Below are positions 47,803-59,000 of a stretch of DNA of 64,000 nucleotides, one piece after another. The translations under genes and the position numbers were made by a program. This DNA is from Macrostomum lignano (taxonomy: Eukaryota). The notes beneath the pieces were generated by a model. It saw only the letters and a list, made by a program, of their open reading frames with translations, did not search any database and was not told where the DNA came from. The stretch covers positions 1 through 64,000 of the forward strand of contig NIVC01002558.1 in the NCBI GenBank assembly GCA_002269645.1. Reading direction: 5' to 3'. Numbering within the stretch: position 1 is the first letter of the stretch; the number at the start of each line of letters is the position of its first letter.

Positions 47803-50057
47803 ATGGCTCCAATGTTAAGTGCCTACATGTATGCACTGTTCTCATTCCTGATGGTGATTGCCAACAAGCTGCTGCTCACATCTTACCTATTTCCATCGCC
47901 TGCCTTTCTCTGCCTAACTCAAGTCAGCTCTACCTGCTTGTTTTTGTTAACTGCTCGCACCTTTGGCATTGTCCAATTTGGAGCATCCCTGTCCGATGCT
48001 GCTGGCATATTTCCTCTGCCAATATATTTCTTTGGCAACCTTGTGTTTGGCCTGTCAGGTACACAGGTAAGATAATTTTCAGCAGCCTAAGCCACAAAAA
48101 TATGACTTTTAAGTTACATCCAACAATGGTTTATTTATTAATTTATTCATATTATACTCAGTAGAGTAAGCGCCATATAGCAGATGCAGTTTGGGATAAT
48201 TAGGATTGTAATGACTAGCTAGACGGCTAAAAATGTGAAGGAATAGAGAATCGGTTTAGAATGGCTTTCATACATGCACAACCTTGAGAATCACTCGGCC
48301 GTTTCTATTGGCAACACACACATGTAAGTCGCTATTGGCTGAGAGCAGTCACGTGACTACTATTCCGTCCAATAGCGACTTACATGTGTGTGTGTTGCCA
48401 ATAGAAACGGCCGGGTGAATCCCTAGGTTTCACCAAGCATGCTTGTATTAGTGATCCCAATGTGCATTTTAAATATGACAGTTGGTTCTTTTTGGTGTCT
48501 GTCTACCACTGTCCAGTCCATTTCTGTCTAGGTAAGAGGACGATTCTCATTTAGCAGTTAGGGGACTATTCTCATGCGCTGGTTAGAGGGATTCTCATCC
48601 GGTGGTTAGAGGGATTCTCATCCGGTGGTTAGAGGGATTCTCATGCGCTGGTTAGGATTCTTAAGGGGTGGTTAGAGGGATTCTCATGGGGTGGTTCGGG
48701 GGATTCTCGTGGGGTTGTTAGAGAGATTCTCATGCGGTGGTTAGAAGGATTCTTATGGAGTGGTTCGGAGGATTCTCATGGGATGGTTCGGAGGATTCTC
48801 ATAGGGTGGTTCGGAGGATTCTCATGGAGCGGTTCGGAGGATTCTCATGGAGTGGTTCCGAGGATTCTCATGGAATGGTTCGGAGGATTCTCATTGAGTG
48901 GTTCGGAGGATTCTCATGGAGTGGTTCGGAGGATTCTCATGGGGTGGTTCGGAGGATTCTCATGGGGTGGTTCGGAGGATTCTCATGGGGTGGTTCGGAG
49001 GATTCTCATGGGGTGGTTCGGAGGATTCTCATTGAGTGGTTCGGAGGATTCTCATGGGGTGGTTTGGAGGATTCTCATGGAATGGTTCGGAGGATTCTCA
49101 TGTATTAGTTCGAGTCATCATGCGGTGGTTGGAGGCATTCTCATGCGGTAGTTAGGATTCTCAAGGGGTGGTTAGAAAGATTCTCATGCGATGGTTAGAA
49201 GGATTCTCATGGGGTGGTTCGGGTGATTCTCATGGCGTCATGGGGTGGTTCGGAGGATTTTCATGGAGTAGTTAAAGGCATTCTCATGCGGTAGTTAGGG
49301 CACAGTGGGAATGGCTGATTGTCTACCCGCTGCTTACAGGCTGAAAAGATGCTACTGAATTCCCCTTGAATCACTGCAACCAAACTCGCAGGTGGTCAGC
49401 CTGCCAATGTTCACCGTGCTTCGCCGGCTCTGCATTCTGATGACCTTTATTGGCGAATTGATTTTCCTTCAACGTCGCGGCGACAACAGAGGCGTCGGTT
49501 TAGCTGTCTTTCTCATGCTGCTGGGCGCTTCCATTGCCGCTATAAACGATTTGACCTTTGACCTGGCCGGCTACGCATTCCTAATGCTAAACAATTTATT
49601 CACAGCTGCCTATGGCATCACCGTGAAGTTGAAAACTGGCAATTTAAGCGGATTGTCAAAGTATGGGATCCTGTATCACTGCTGCTCCATCGCTGTGCTG
49701 CCATGTCTGGCACTCAACCTGTGGACTGGCGAGTTCTCCAGAGTGGCAGACTACCGCGGCTGGTCCCTGCCAGTGGTTTGGGCCCTGTTCTGCACCAGCA
49801 ATCTGTTGCAGCTGTTCCTGCTGTACAGCACCATACAATGCACCGCCGACAATGGCCCCTTAACCACCACCGTGATTGGGGTGTTGAAAAATGTTCTAGT
49901 CACCTATCTTGGCATGTTTATAGGTCGGGACTATGTGTTCACGTTGCACAATTTTATGGGCTTGAATGTTAGCACTCTGGGCGGCGTTTTGTACACTTAT
50001 TTGACATTTAAGGCGCCTAAGGTTGAGCCTCAGAAAGGTACCGTCATTGTGCGCTAG
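47803..50057 (+). CDS. SLC35D: Nucleotide-sugar transporter SLC35D (fringe connection / SQV-7 family); exons 47803-48066, 49392-50057
   Basis: VIANKLLLTSYLFPS, FPLPIYFFGNLVFGLSGTQ|VVSLPMFTVLRR, NDLTFDLAGY, TTTVIGVLKNVLVTYLGMFIG.DYVF...NFMGLNVS..GGVLYTYLTF. Confidence 0.95.
48291..48418. repeat. Near-perfect ~48-bp inverted repeat (foldback MITE-like) in the SLC35D intron
   Basis: tcactcggccgtttctattggcaacacacacatgtaagtcgctattgg pairs with 48369-48418. A central gtcacgtgac palindrome lies in the loop. Confidence 0.8.
48540..49300. repeat. Intronic minisatellite, 23-bp unit (GATTCTCAT family)
   Basis: (ggaggattctcatggggtggttc)n. Confidence 0.93.
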
Positions 50058-50204
50058 TCTGCACCGGGTCACTGAGCTGTGACAATATTTAGCTACTCTA
50101 ATTTGTGCGTTCGGGATTCTGTGCTCAGATTTTTATTTACCTTTCTGCTATGCTTCCACATATCCATACAGGTTGGCACAGCTCCTTTGTTGATTCCTTA
50201 TCTA

Positions 50205-50740
50205 TCCCCACACCAATCTCTATCCCTTCCCACACCAATCTCTATCCCTCCCCACACCAATATCTATTCCTCCCCACCAATCTCTATCCCTTCCCACACC
50301 AATCTCTATCCCTCCCCACACCAATCTTTATCCCTCCCCACACCAATATCTATTCCTCCCCACCAATCTCTATCCCTCCCCACCAATCTCTATCCCTCCC
50401 CACACCAATCTTTATCCATCCCCACCAATCTCTATCCCTCCCCACCAATCTCTATCCCTCCCCACCAATCTCTATCCCTCCCCACCAATCTCTATCCCTC
50501 CCCACACCAATCTTTATCCATCCCCACACCAATATCTATTCCTCCCCACCAATCTCTATCCCTCCCCACCAATCTCTATCCCTCCCCACCAATCTCTATC
50601 CCTCCCCACCAATCTCTATCCCTCCCCACCAATCTCTATCCCTCCCCACCAATCTCTATCCCTCCCCACCAATCTCTATCCCTCCCCACCAATCTCTATC
50701 CCTCCCCACCAATCTCTATCCCTCCCCACCAATACCTATC
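50205..50740. repeat. Minisatellite, 20-bp unit
   Basis: (ccccaccaatctctatccct)n. Confidence 0.93.
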
Positions 50741-52484
50741 CATCATTTATTCAATATATTATTGTGCTACTCTGTATAAAATACATTTTTAGTTTTTTTA
50801 ATAAAATAAATAGTCTATAATCAGTAGTATAATCAGTTCCGTGCCTTTGCGCCTGTCAGTATTTGCAGCTTTAAATTAAGCCTATAATTGTTATTTTATT
50901 CAAATAACGTTAAAGCTCTGTTTTGTCTTTCTCACTTTGCTCGGTGTGAAATCCTATTGAATAGTTTTAGGCGCTCCGAGAATAAAGCTCTATCATTCGT
51001 TATTTTCTTTCCTTCCCTCTGTAGTTTAATGCGCGTTGTTTTAAATCGAACAATTTCCTTCTATATCAGTTGTCAATGATTTTTCTAGTTCGCGTCATAA
51101 TTGTACGGCGGAGTGCAGCATACTACTGATTCCTAGTAATATTATTTGCATGCCAGATCAATAAAAATTTGATATGTGCCGGTATTGTTTGCAGAAAGAA
51201 TAAATTGATAGATGATTTTACTTTCATATTTTCTAAATAAAATTGCCCCAGTCAGTGATATAGCATTTACTGTAACTGCTTTATTGTAGCTGTCAAACTT
51301 GAAAAAAAATGAGGATGTAACTAATTTTTAAACCTCTGATATTATCTGCTTTTAATTATTGCGGATTTTAACGTTTTACATTGTTTAAGGTAAAAAATCT
51401 ATGAGGAACTCGTGGCCGCTGTAACACCCTGTGTGAGCGCGTGCGTGCTCACAGAACTCACAGATTTAAACACAGGGAAACAGAATATTCTGTGGATGTA
51501 AAATTGTTGCCCAAATGGCTTAAATAAAACTTGTCTAAATAGAAACTCTAAAATGATGTTTCTTATGTACTTCAGTTGTTGTCCACGTGGCAAAATCTAG
51601 CTTTGTGCTAATGTATTGCGAGTCAGGTCTGATTCAGTAGAGGCAGCATTTGTTACGCCCAGATTTCTATATTCAGATGTATAGTGTGCTACAAATTGCA
51701 ACCTTAGGAAGAAGAGGAAAGAATGAAAAAAGTATAGAGAGGAGATGAGATCTGAGATTCTTGCTGTTTGATATCTTGGGGAGCAGCTGCGTCAGTGGTT
51801 TCTGGGGCTTTACCTCTTGCTCTCTTCCACTGCCCGTCAGTGTCCGGCGTCTTTGTTCAGAGCTTTGCTGCGACAGACAGTGGTATAGCTAGTCTTTGTT
51901 CCTTTCCACTCAATCAATTAAATAGCGTGCGCCACTTATATAGATAGTGTTGTCAATTGGGTGGTTTTTTAGTTACAAAAATGCTGGTTGTGTCGTGTCT
52001 GTCTCTTGTGTGTCTATAACCATGAAGTATAACCATGTTAATAGAGTATTTAGTATAACAAACCTGAGCTGTCAAAGCAGCTGCTATAATCGATTATTAA
52101 AGCATAGAGACTGTGTCAGTTGGTTTCCTGGCTGATTTTATCTGGCTTAGCTCTAACCATGGACTTCTAAAGATAATGAATCTGGACTGGACTCTGCGCT
52201 CGTATTGAAATAGGGAAATCTAGAACTTCCTAAACTGCAAGATTTTCAAGTTAGCTTTAATTTGTTAACGCAGACAGACATAGGGGGGTCAAGGGGGTCG
52301 GCTGACCCCTCAAGAAAAAATCCTGGATCCTAGACGGATCTAGTAAATATCTACTGGATTTTTAACTAAATCTTGAGGTGACGTTAAGATTTTTTCAATC
52401 AAAAACACGAAAGGGTATTATGAAATAAACTTGCGTTTTGCTTTGCTCAAAAATAGGTGAAATCTGAACAAACGTTCACCCAGA

Positions 52485-52754
52485 CTGGGAGTCGGCAAAC
52501 TTTTTTTACCTGAAGGACCAGATAAAGAGCCTAGCTAATGACTGCGGGCCAGATGAGGAAGGAGAGACGAGTGAATAAAGGGGAGAGAGATGAGAGAAGA
52601 GAGGATAAAGAAGGGAGAGAGAGGAGAAAGGAGGTAAAAGAATTGAGAAAAGACCTTAAGCGGGCCGGATTGCTATTGTGAAGGTTCAAAGGAGCCGGAT
52701 AGAGAGGCTTCGCTGGCCGCCTGTGGCCCGCGGGCCGGCGTTTGCCGAGCCCTG
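52485..52754 (+). mobile_element. hAT-type MITE, same family as 24616 and 58768
   Basis: Ends ctgggagtcggcaaac and gtttgccgagccctg, subterminal ggcccgcgggccg, and the shared gcgggccggattgctattgtgaag. No TSD is visible. Confidence 0.72.
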
Positions 52755-53056
52755 CTTAATAGATAGGTGATGTACCTTAACCTTACTCGCACATTCTAAC
52801 AAGTAACCTTCCTCCCTCCAATCCATATTCTACGAGCTAAAATGATTCGATGTCCATGTGGCTTCCTCTACTATAGCTACATGTAGATCCGCTCACTCAT
52901 CCGAGCTGATCTCCTATTGGACAGAAGCAATGCTTGACCAATCCTTCCCGGTCCTGGAGTGTATATGTATATGCATCCAGAATACCCACTAGCCTAGTTC
53001 AGTCCTTGTGTTCAAGCAGAAATTCGAAGCCATACACACGGGCTCACAGAGGGATT

Positions 53057-56000
53057 ATGTTTTTAACTCAACACCCGTCCAAGTTCGCAGCAGCATGGCT
53101 AGTCCTGGCCGCTGTTCTGTTCTCGGGTTCTCTGGTTGTTCTCGGACGAGGCGACAACGTCTGGCGGGACGAGTTGACGCTGCTGCAGGCTCGGGTTGCG
53201 GCCGCCTGTCTGACCAACTTCAGCTACGCCGAACTGGCTGAACAGGTGAGTCAATGCGAGATGTAGGGAGCTCTGTTATCATTAGGCTGGACTTTCTGCC
53301 GCAGGTCAGGGCAAAAGACGGCCGGGCAGCCAGCAGAGGCAAGCAGTCATGTCCGTTCCGCTGACCCCTCGGCACGCTGCAGGCAAACACTCGTAGGGTG
53401 TGTACAGCAGCCCTGACTTTCTCATCGTCCAGGCATGTACACTCTGTGCCTTGGGGGTTGGCCATCATGGGCGAGAATCGCATTGTACGAATCTTCAGGT
53501 TATCCTTTCCTTATCCTTTTTTTCTACAGGGTTTGAAATTTCCGTCAAGTTTCCTCCAAGATCTTCATCTTGGTTCTGCCCCTTTCAGATCTTTTCAGGC
53601 TGAGCATCGCTACTCTCTCAAATCTTCGAGGTAGTTAATTTTATGTGGAGATTTTCTACTGGTTTACAAGTATTTTGCAAAAAATTCAGTTTCTTAGACA
53701 GTTTTGAGTTTTTTCTGAAGATTATAAATCATTCCTTTTCGTTAGTGTAGCAGTTATCAGAGAAATATACTTAATTCGACAAAACATGAACAACCAGTGT
53801 ATATGATTCAGACATGCAGGTATCAAATGCAGCAATAGGGCTTTAGTCCGTTGTAAACCTTGAATTCAACCATTTGACATTTTCGATGCTGCACTGCTTG
53901 CAGGCTTTGCGCATTAATCGTGTTTTGACGCATGCAGCTTTGACCCTGGAGCATTTTATCTCTAAATTCTAATTCAGCTAGCTAATCGTTGTCTGAGCAT
54001 CGTAAATAACTTGACTTGTAAGTATCTTCTATTTCTGTGCTTGCACCAGGACATGATAATACGCGTTTAGGCTCGTGATCTTTGGGCGTAACCTATATGG
54101 TTAATTTATTTTTTGCTAGCGGAAGTCGTTAGGTCTGATTTGGGATGAAAATGCGCTTGAATGAATATCCATCAGAAATGACTTCGTGCACGAGTAAGGC
54201 GGCAAAGAAGAGCAGGACGAAATTGTGAACACGGCAGAACAGTTTTTCATTGAGGACACAAAAAGAGCGGGAAAATTGTCTTTGACGACACAAGAAACAA
54301 CTTGGGCACAAGAGATAACTGAACAGTACATTCTGAAAAAGACACAAGAAACAACTTGGGCACAAGAGATGACTGAACAGTGCATTCTGAAAAAGACACA
54401 AGAAACAACTTGGGCACAAGAGATGACTGAACAGTGCATTCTGAAAAAGACACAAGAAACAACTTGGGCACAAGAAATGACTGAACAGTGCATTCTGAAA
54501 AAGACACAAGAAACAACTTGGGCACAAGAGATGACTGAACAGTGCATTCTGAAAAAGACACAAGAAACAACTTGGGCACAAGAGATGACTGAACAGTGCA
54601 TTCTGAAAAAGACACAAGAAACAACTTGGGCACAAGAGATGACTGAACAGTGCATTCTGAAAAAGACACAAGAAACAACTTGGGCACAAGAGATGACTGA
54701 ACAGTGCATTCTGAAAAAGACACAAGAAATAAGAACTGAAAAATGTTCTTGAAGGCACAAAAATAATGGGAATCTCTCATCCAGTACACGAGATTTTACA
54801 TAGATTGAGTAACTGAAGGCTCAAGAACTAAAAGTCCGTTATTGAAGACAAAAATCATGGAAGCACAAGAGAACTCGGCAATGCAGTGTCCTGGAAGACA
54901 CAAGAGAACTCGGCAATGCAGTGTCCTGGAAGACACAAGAGAACTCGGTAGTGCAGTGTCCTGGAAGACACAAGAAAACTAGGCAGTGCAGTGTCCTGGA
55001 AGACACAAGAGAACTCGGTAGTGCAGTGTCCTGGAAGACACAAGAGAACTCGGCAATGCAGTGTCCTGAAAGACACAAGAGAACTCGTCAGTGCAGTGTC
55101 CTGGAAGACACAAGAAAACTAGGCAGTGCAGTGTCCTGGAAGACACAAGAGAACTCGGCAGTGCAGTGTCCTGAAAGACACAAGAGAACTCGGCAATGCA
55201 GTGTCCTGAAAGACACAAGAGAACTCGTCAGTGCAGTGTCCTGGAAGACACAAGAGAACTCGGTAGTGCAGTGTCCTGGAAGACACAAGAAAACTCGGCC
55301 GTGCAGTGTCCTAGAAGACACAAGAGAACTCGGTAGTGCAGTGTCCTGGAAGACACAAGAGAACTCGTCAGTGCAGTGTCCTGGAAGACACAAGAAAACT
55401 AGGCAGTGCAGTGTCCTGGAAGACACAAGAGAACTCGGCAGTGCAGTGTCCTGGAAGACACAAGAAAACTAGGCAGTGCAGTGTCCTGGAAGACACAAGA
55501 AAACTAGGCAGTGCAGTGTCCTGGAAGACACAAGAAAACTAGGCAGTGCAGTGTCCTGGAAGACTCAAGAAAACTAGGCAGTGCAGTGTCCTGGAAGACA
55601 CAGGAGAACTCGGCAGTGCAGTGTCCTGGAAGACACAAGAAAACTAGGCAGTGCAGTGTCCTGGAAGACACAAGAAAACTAGGCAGTGCAGTGTCCTGGA
55701 AGACACAAGAAAACTAGGCAGTGCAGTGTCCTGGAAGACACAAGAAAACTAGGCAGTGCAGTGTCCTGGAAGACTCAAGAAAACTAGGCAGTGCAGTGTC
55801 CTGGAAGACACAGGAGAACTCGGCAGTGCAGTGTCCTGGAAGACACAGGAGAACTCGGTAGTGCAGTGTCCTGGAAGACACAGGAGAACTCGGTAGTGCA
55901 GTGTTTTGGAAGACAAACGCAGGCTAGCAGACTGCAGTCTTTGAAGATCGCTAAAAGTTCTAGCAAAGGCACTGGTAGCTGTGTGCCAGCAGCAAGATCC

Positions 56001-59000
56001 CCTTGGTGCACGCAGCTTCCCTCATTAGCAACGATGCAAAAGACAGATATTTTTGCCGATGGCGCTACTACAACAATCTTAATAAACTATTAGCATAAAC
56101 CTTGTCAATCACCCTTGGTGCAACAACTGCCACGCGATGGAGTTCACTCGGACGCCATGCGAATTGAAGGCTGAACTTTCTTACGCGTGCGCGTGTTGCT
56201 TGATTTTCCTTGAGAGAATTTGTTATTGCAGTGCGTCATGAAAGGTTGTTGAAGTTCCTATACTAAAAATCAAGACAAGGATAACTTCAGAATCTTATGT
56301 AGCCTGTTTCCAATATCCCACGGCCGTGTTTACACTGAACTGCAGCCTCAACCTCCTGTGCAGCAGATACAGATCGCCTACTTGCCCTGAAGCGAAGCAC
56401 AAATGTCTAAACAAATCAGCCAGACTGTGAAAAGTACCAATTTTGCAGCGAAGCCTTGCGTTAACACATGGCCGACTCCTAAAGGGTACCAACTGCCAGA
56501 ACAGAGCGGCCTGCGTTCAATCAGTCTTCGTGGCAGCAAAAATTGATTTGTCAGCAAGCAAACAGAATGGAAGGATTCTGCATGGTGTCCCACCACTGCA
56601 GCTGGTCCCGATCGAAAGTATAGAAAGAGAAACTGCCTCTAGCTGGGCCTTGTTCAACAATGCCAAGATAAAAATCTCAAGTGGCTATTGATCTCCTAAT
56701 GACACTTTGCACTTTAGCTTTGCGCCCGGCCAGAAATTATTGGAGCTAGAACAGCTAGAACAGCACACACTAAGGGTTACGCTACTAACGCTGTCACGTG
56801 CGGTGTCCTGGTGGGTCCTGCAGTGATATCCTATACTGCCTACACGCAGATTGTGTCCTTGATGTGAGCTGTATCTGGGGCGCTATCAAAAAGTAACGCT
56901 CTTATTCTTTTTGAGTGTGGGATAGGTCTTGCCCGTTCCTGGTACCCCCCTCCCCGATCCACTCCTGACATCGATCCCATTATGAGCTCGATGTCTTTAA
57001 AAGCAATAATGGTTTACACCCTACTGAACTTAAATTGATTTCTGATCTCAAAAATTTTCCAACTCGTCTTCCAGGGCGGAGTTCACAGCGAGTCTGACGT
57101 AGCCGGAGACCAACTGCTTCTTCGTTGCCGTCTCAAAGCTGATTGTGCCGCCGTAAGTGCGCAATGTTATGGTTTTATGTACGCTCTGCACTGTCAGTCG
57201 TTATATTTTCGACCTCGTTAAAAGACGTCTATCTACGAGTATATTACATTTTTTGGATATCAGAATCAATGATGCCAATTCGAGTAGACAACTGCATCAG
57301 GGACTCAGAGTTCTCAAGCTTGGTTTCAAAGACGTGTTCAAACATCACCTAAATAATGGACCTTTGTAGACCTGTCTGGGCTTTAACTGAAGAGAGAACC
57401 TTTACAGATTCCTGAATGATTATAAAAAGGTACGATGCGATTTTCTTAAAAGTAAAGAATCCTAGCCTTAGAAAGTCGTCACAATTATCTGGAAAAATCA
57501 GGAATATCTGTTTCCAGGCCAAGTCTCCAGAGGTCCAAGGCTTAAGTAAAGTGCCAGTCACTCTGCACTAAAATTATTTGAAAAAAACTCTTTATTATGC
57601 AAGGACTACAGGTATAAAAAAGGACTTTCTACCTTCAAATCTACAGTGGTTATTCGGAAGTCCAATAATCTTGCTAGGGGTAGGGTGTAAACCATGGTAC
57701 ACCCTGGTTTGACCATGGGGTTTACGGTAGAAAATTCAGAAGTTTAAAATCCATTAAAAAATAATACAGCGGAGGCATGAGAAATCTGCAATTTTTAGGG
57801 TTCATAACACCAAAAGCTACACAAGACCTTGATTTCAAAGTGAATGCTTGAACCTTTGTTGATTAGAAATTTAGGCTCAGTGAAAGCGCCCAGCAAATAA
57901 GACAACATTGGATCCAACCAACGCTGGATGAGTCAGTGAGTAGCAGCTTATCATTCATCTTGAGCCGAGTTTAAGCCAAAAGCAGTCAAGTTTTCTTTCT
58001 AATTTATTCCGCCGCAGAAGAAACTGCCCGATCTTTTACCAATTTTTCCAATCGCTTCTAGGAGGGGTGACTCACGCCCAGGAAAAAGATTGAGCCGTCT
58101 GTGGAATCTCCAACCCCCATCGATGAATCCCTTCTTCCCCCCACCCCCGCATCGGCTGTCTCCCAGGATGATGAGTAAAGTTACGCTGCGTAAAACAACA
58201 CAACGGCACAACACGATGAAGCATTAGAGGAGTCTGGACTGGCTATAAGCATCATAGTTTTGTTAGCATTATAAGCTGCCGGGCAATGAGGAGGGTCAAA
58301 TGACTCACGCAGTTCCCCACGGAAGTCTGCGACACGAGATTCGTGTACGCTGTTTATCTGTCTTACACGACAGAGCCGATTGCGTCATTCTCAATTGCTT
58401 TTTCCTCCCCGAATCTTTCCTCCGCCCACCAATTGCTGTTGAGCAGTGCTGGAACGCTTCGCTCTGGGATCCGCGGAAAACTCAGGAGGCTGACTGCGAG
58501 AAACTGTGCTCGGTGAGCGCTTAGGCTTTATTTTTCGAAATTCTGTATTTATTAATTTTCTGTTTTTACGTTTCAACTTGAGGGATCTGTCAGGAGTTTT
58601 ATGTTACTAAATTTTGTGCCACTCAGATTGTCATGGAGACAGCCTGTCAGAATGTTAAGCGATTGCAAATCTTGTATGAGTATAAGCGAGTTGAAGTGAC
58701 CCGACATCATACGTGTAAAATTGACATGTCTATTGCTTAGATGGCGTCTGTAGCCCAGTGGTTAGAGCAGAGGTCGGAGAACTCCGACCCGCAAAGCCTC
58801 TTTACCCGGCCCTCGGGTCCCTTGAAACTTCACAAAAGCAATCCGGCCCGCTCAGGGTCTCTTCTCAGCTCTCTTATACCTTCTCTCTCCTCTTCTCTCG
58901 ATCCTCTCTCCACTTGTTTCCCTCCTCTCTCCCCTTTTCTTTCGTTTCTCTTCGCTCCTCTCTCATCTCATCTTCTTTCTTATATCTTCTCTTCTTTCCT

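Noticed and set aside
48732-55717. Repetitive ORFs at 48732, 50079, 54116-54789 and 54839-55717
   Set aside because: They are satellite translations inside introns or 3' flanks of identified genes.
56295-56691. Cys-containing ORFs as the missing anosmin WAP exon
   Set aside because: No WAP cysteine spacing, frames close early, and they lie upstream of the Cys-box exons rather than after them.
57690-57730. Imperfect hairpin gtaaaccatggt...accatggggtttac
   Set aside because: Single, short and imperfect, with no supporting context.
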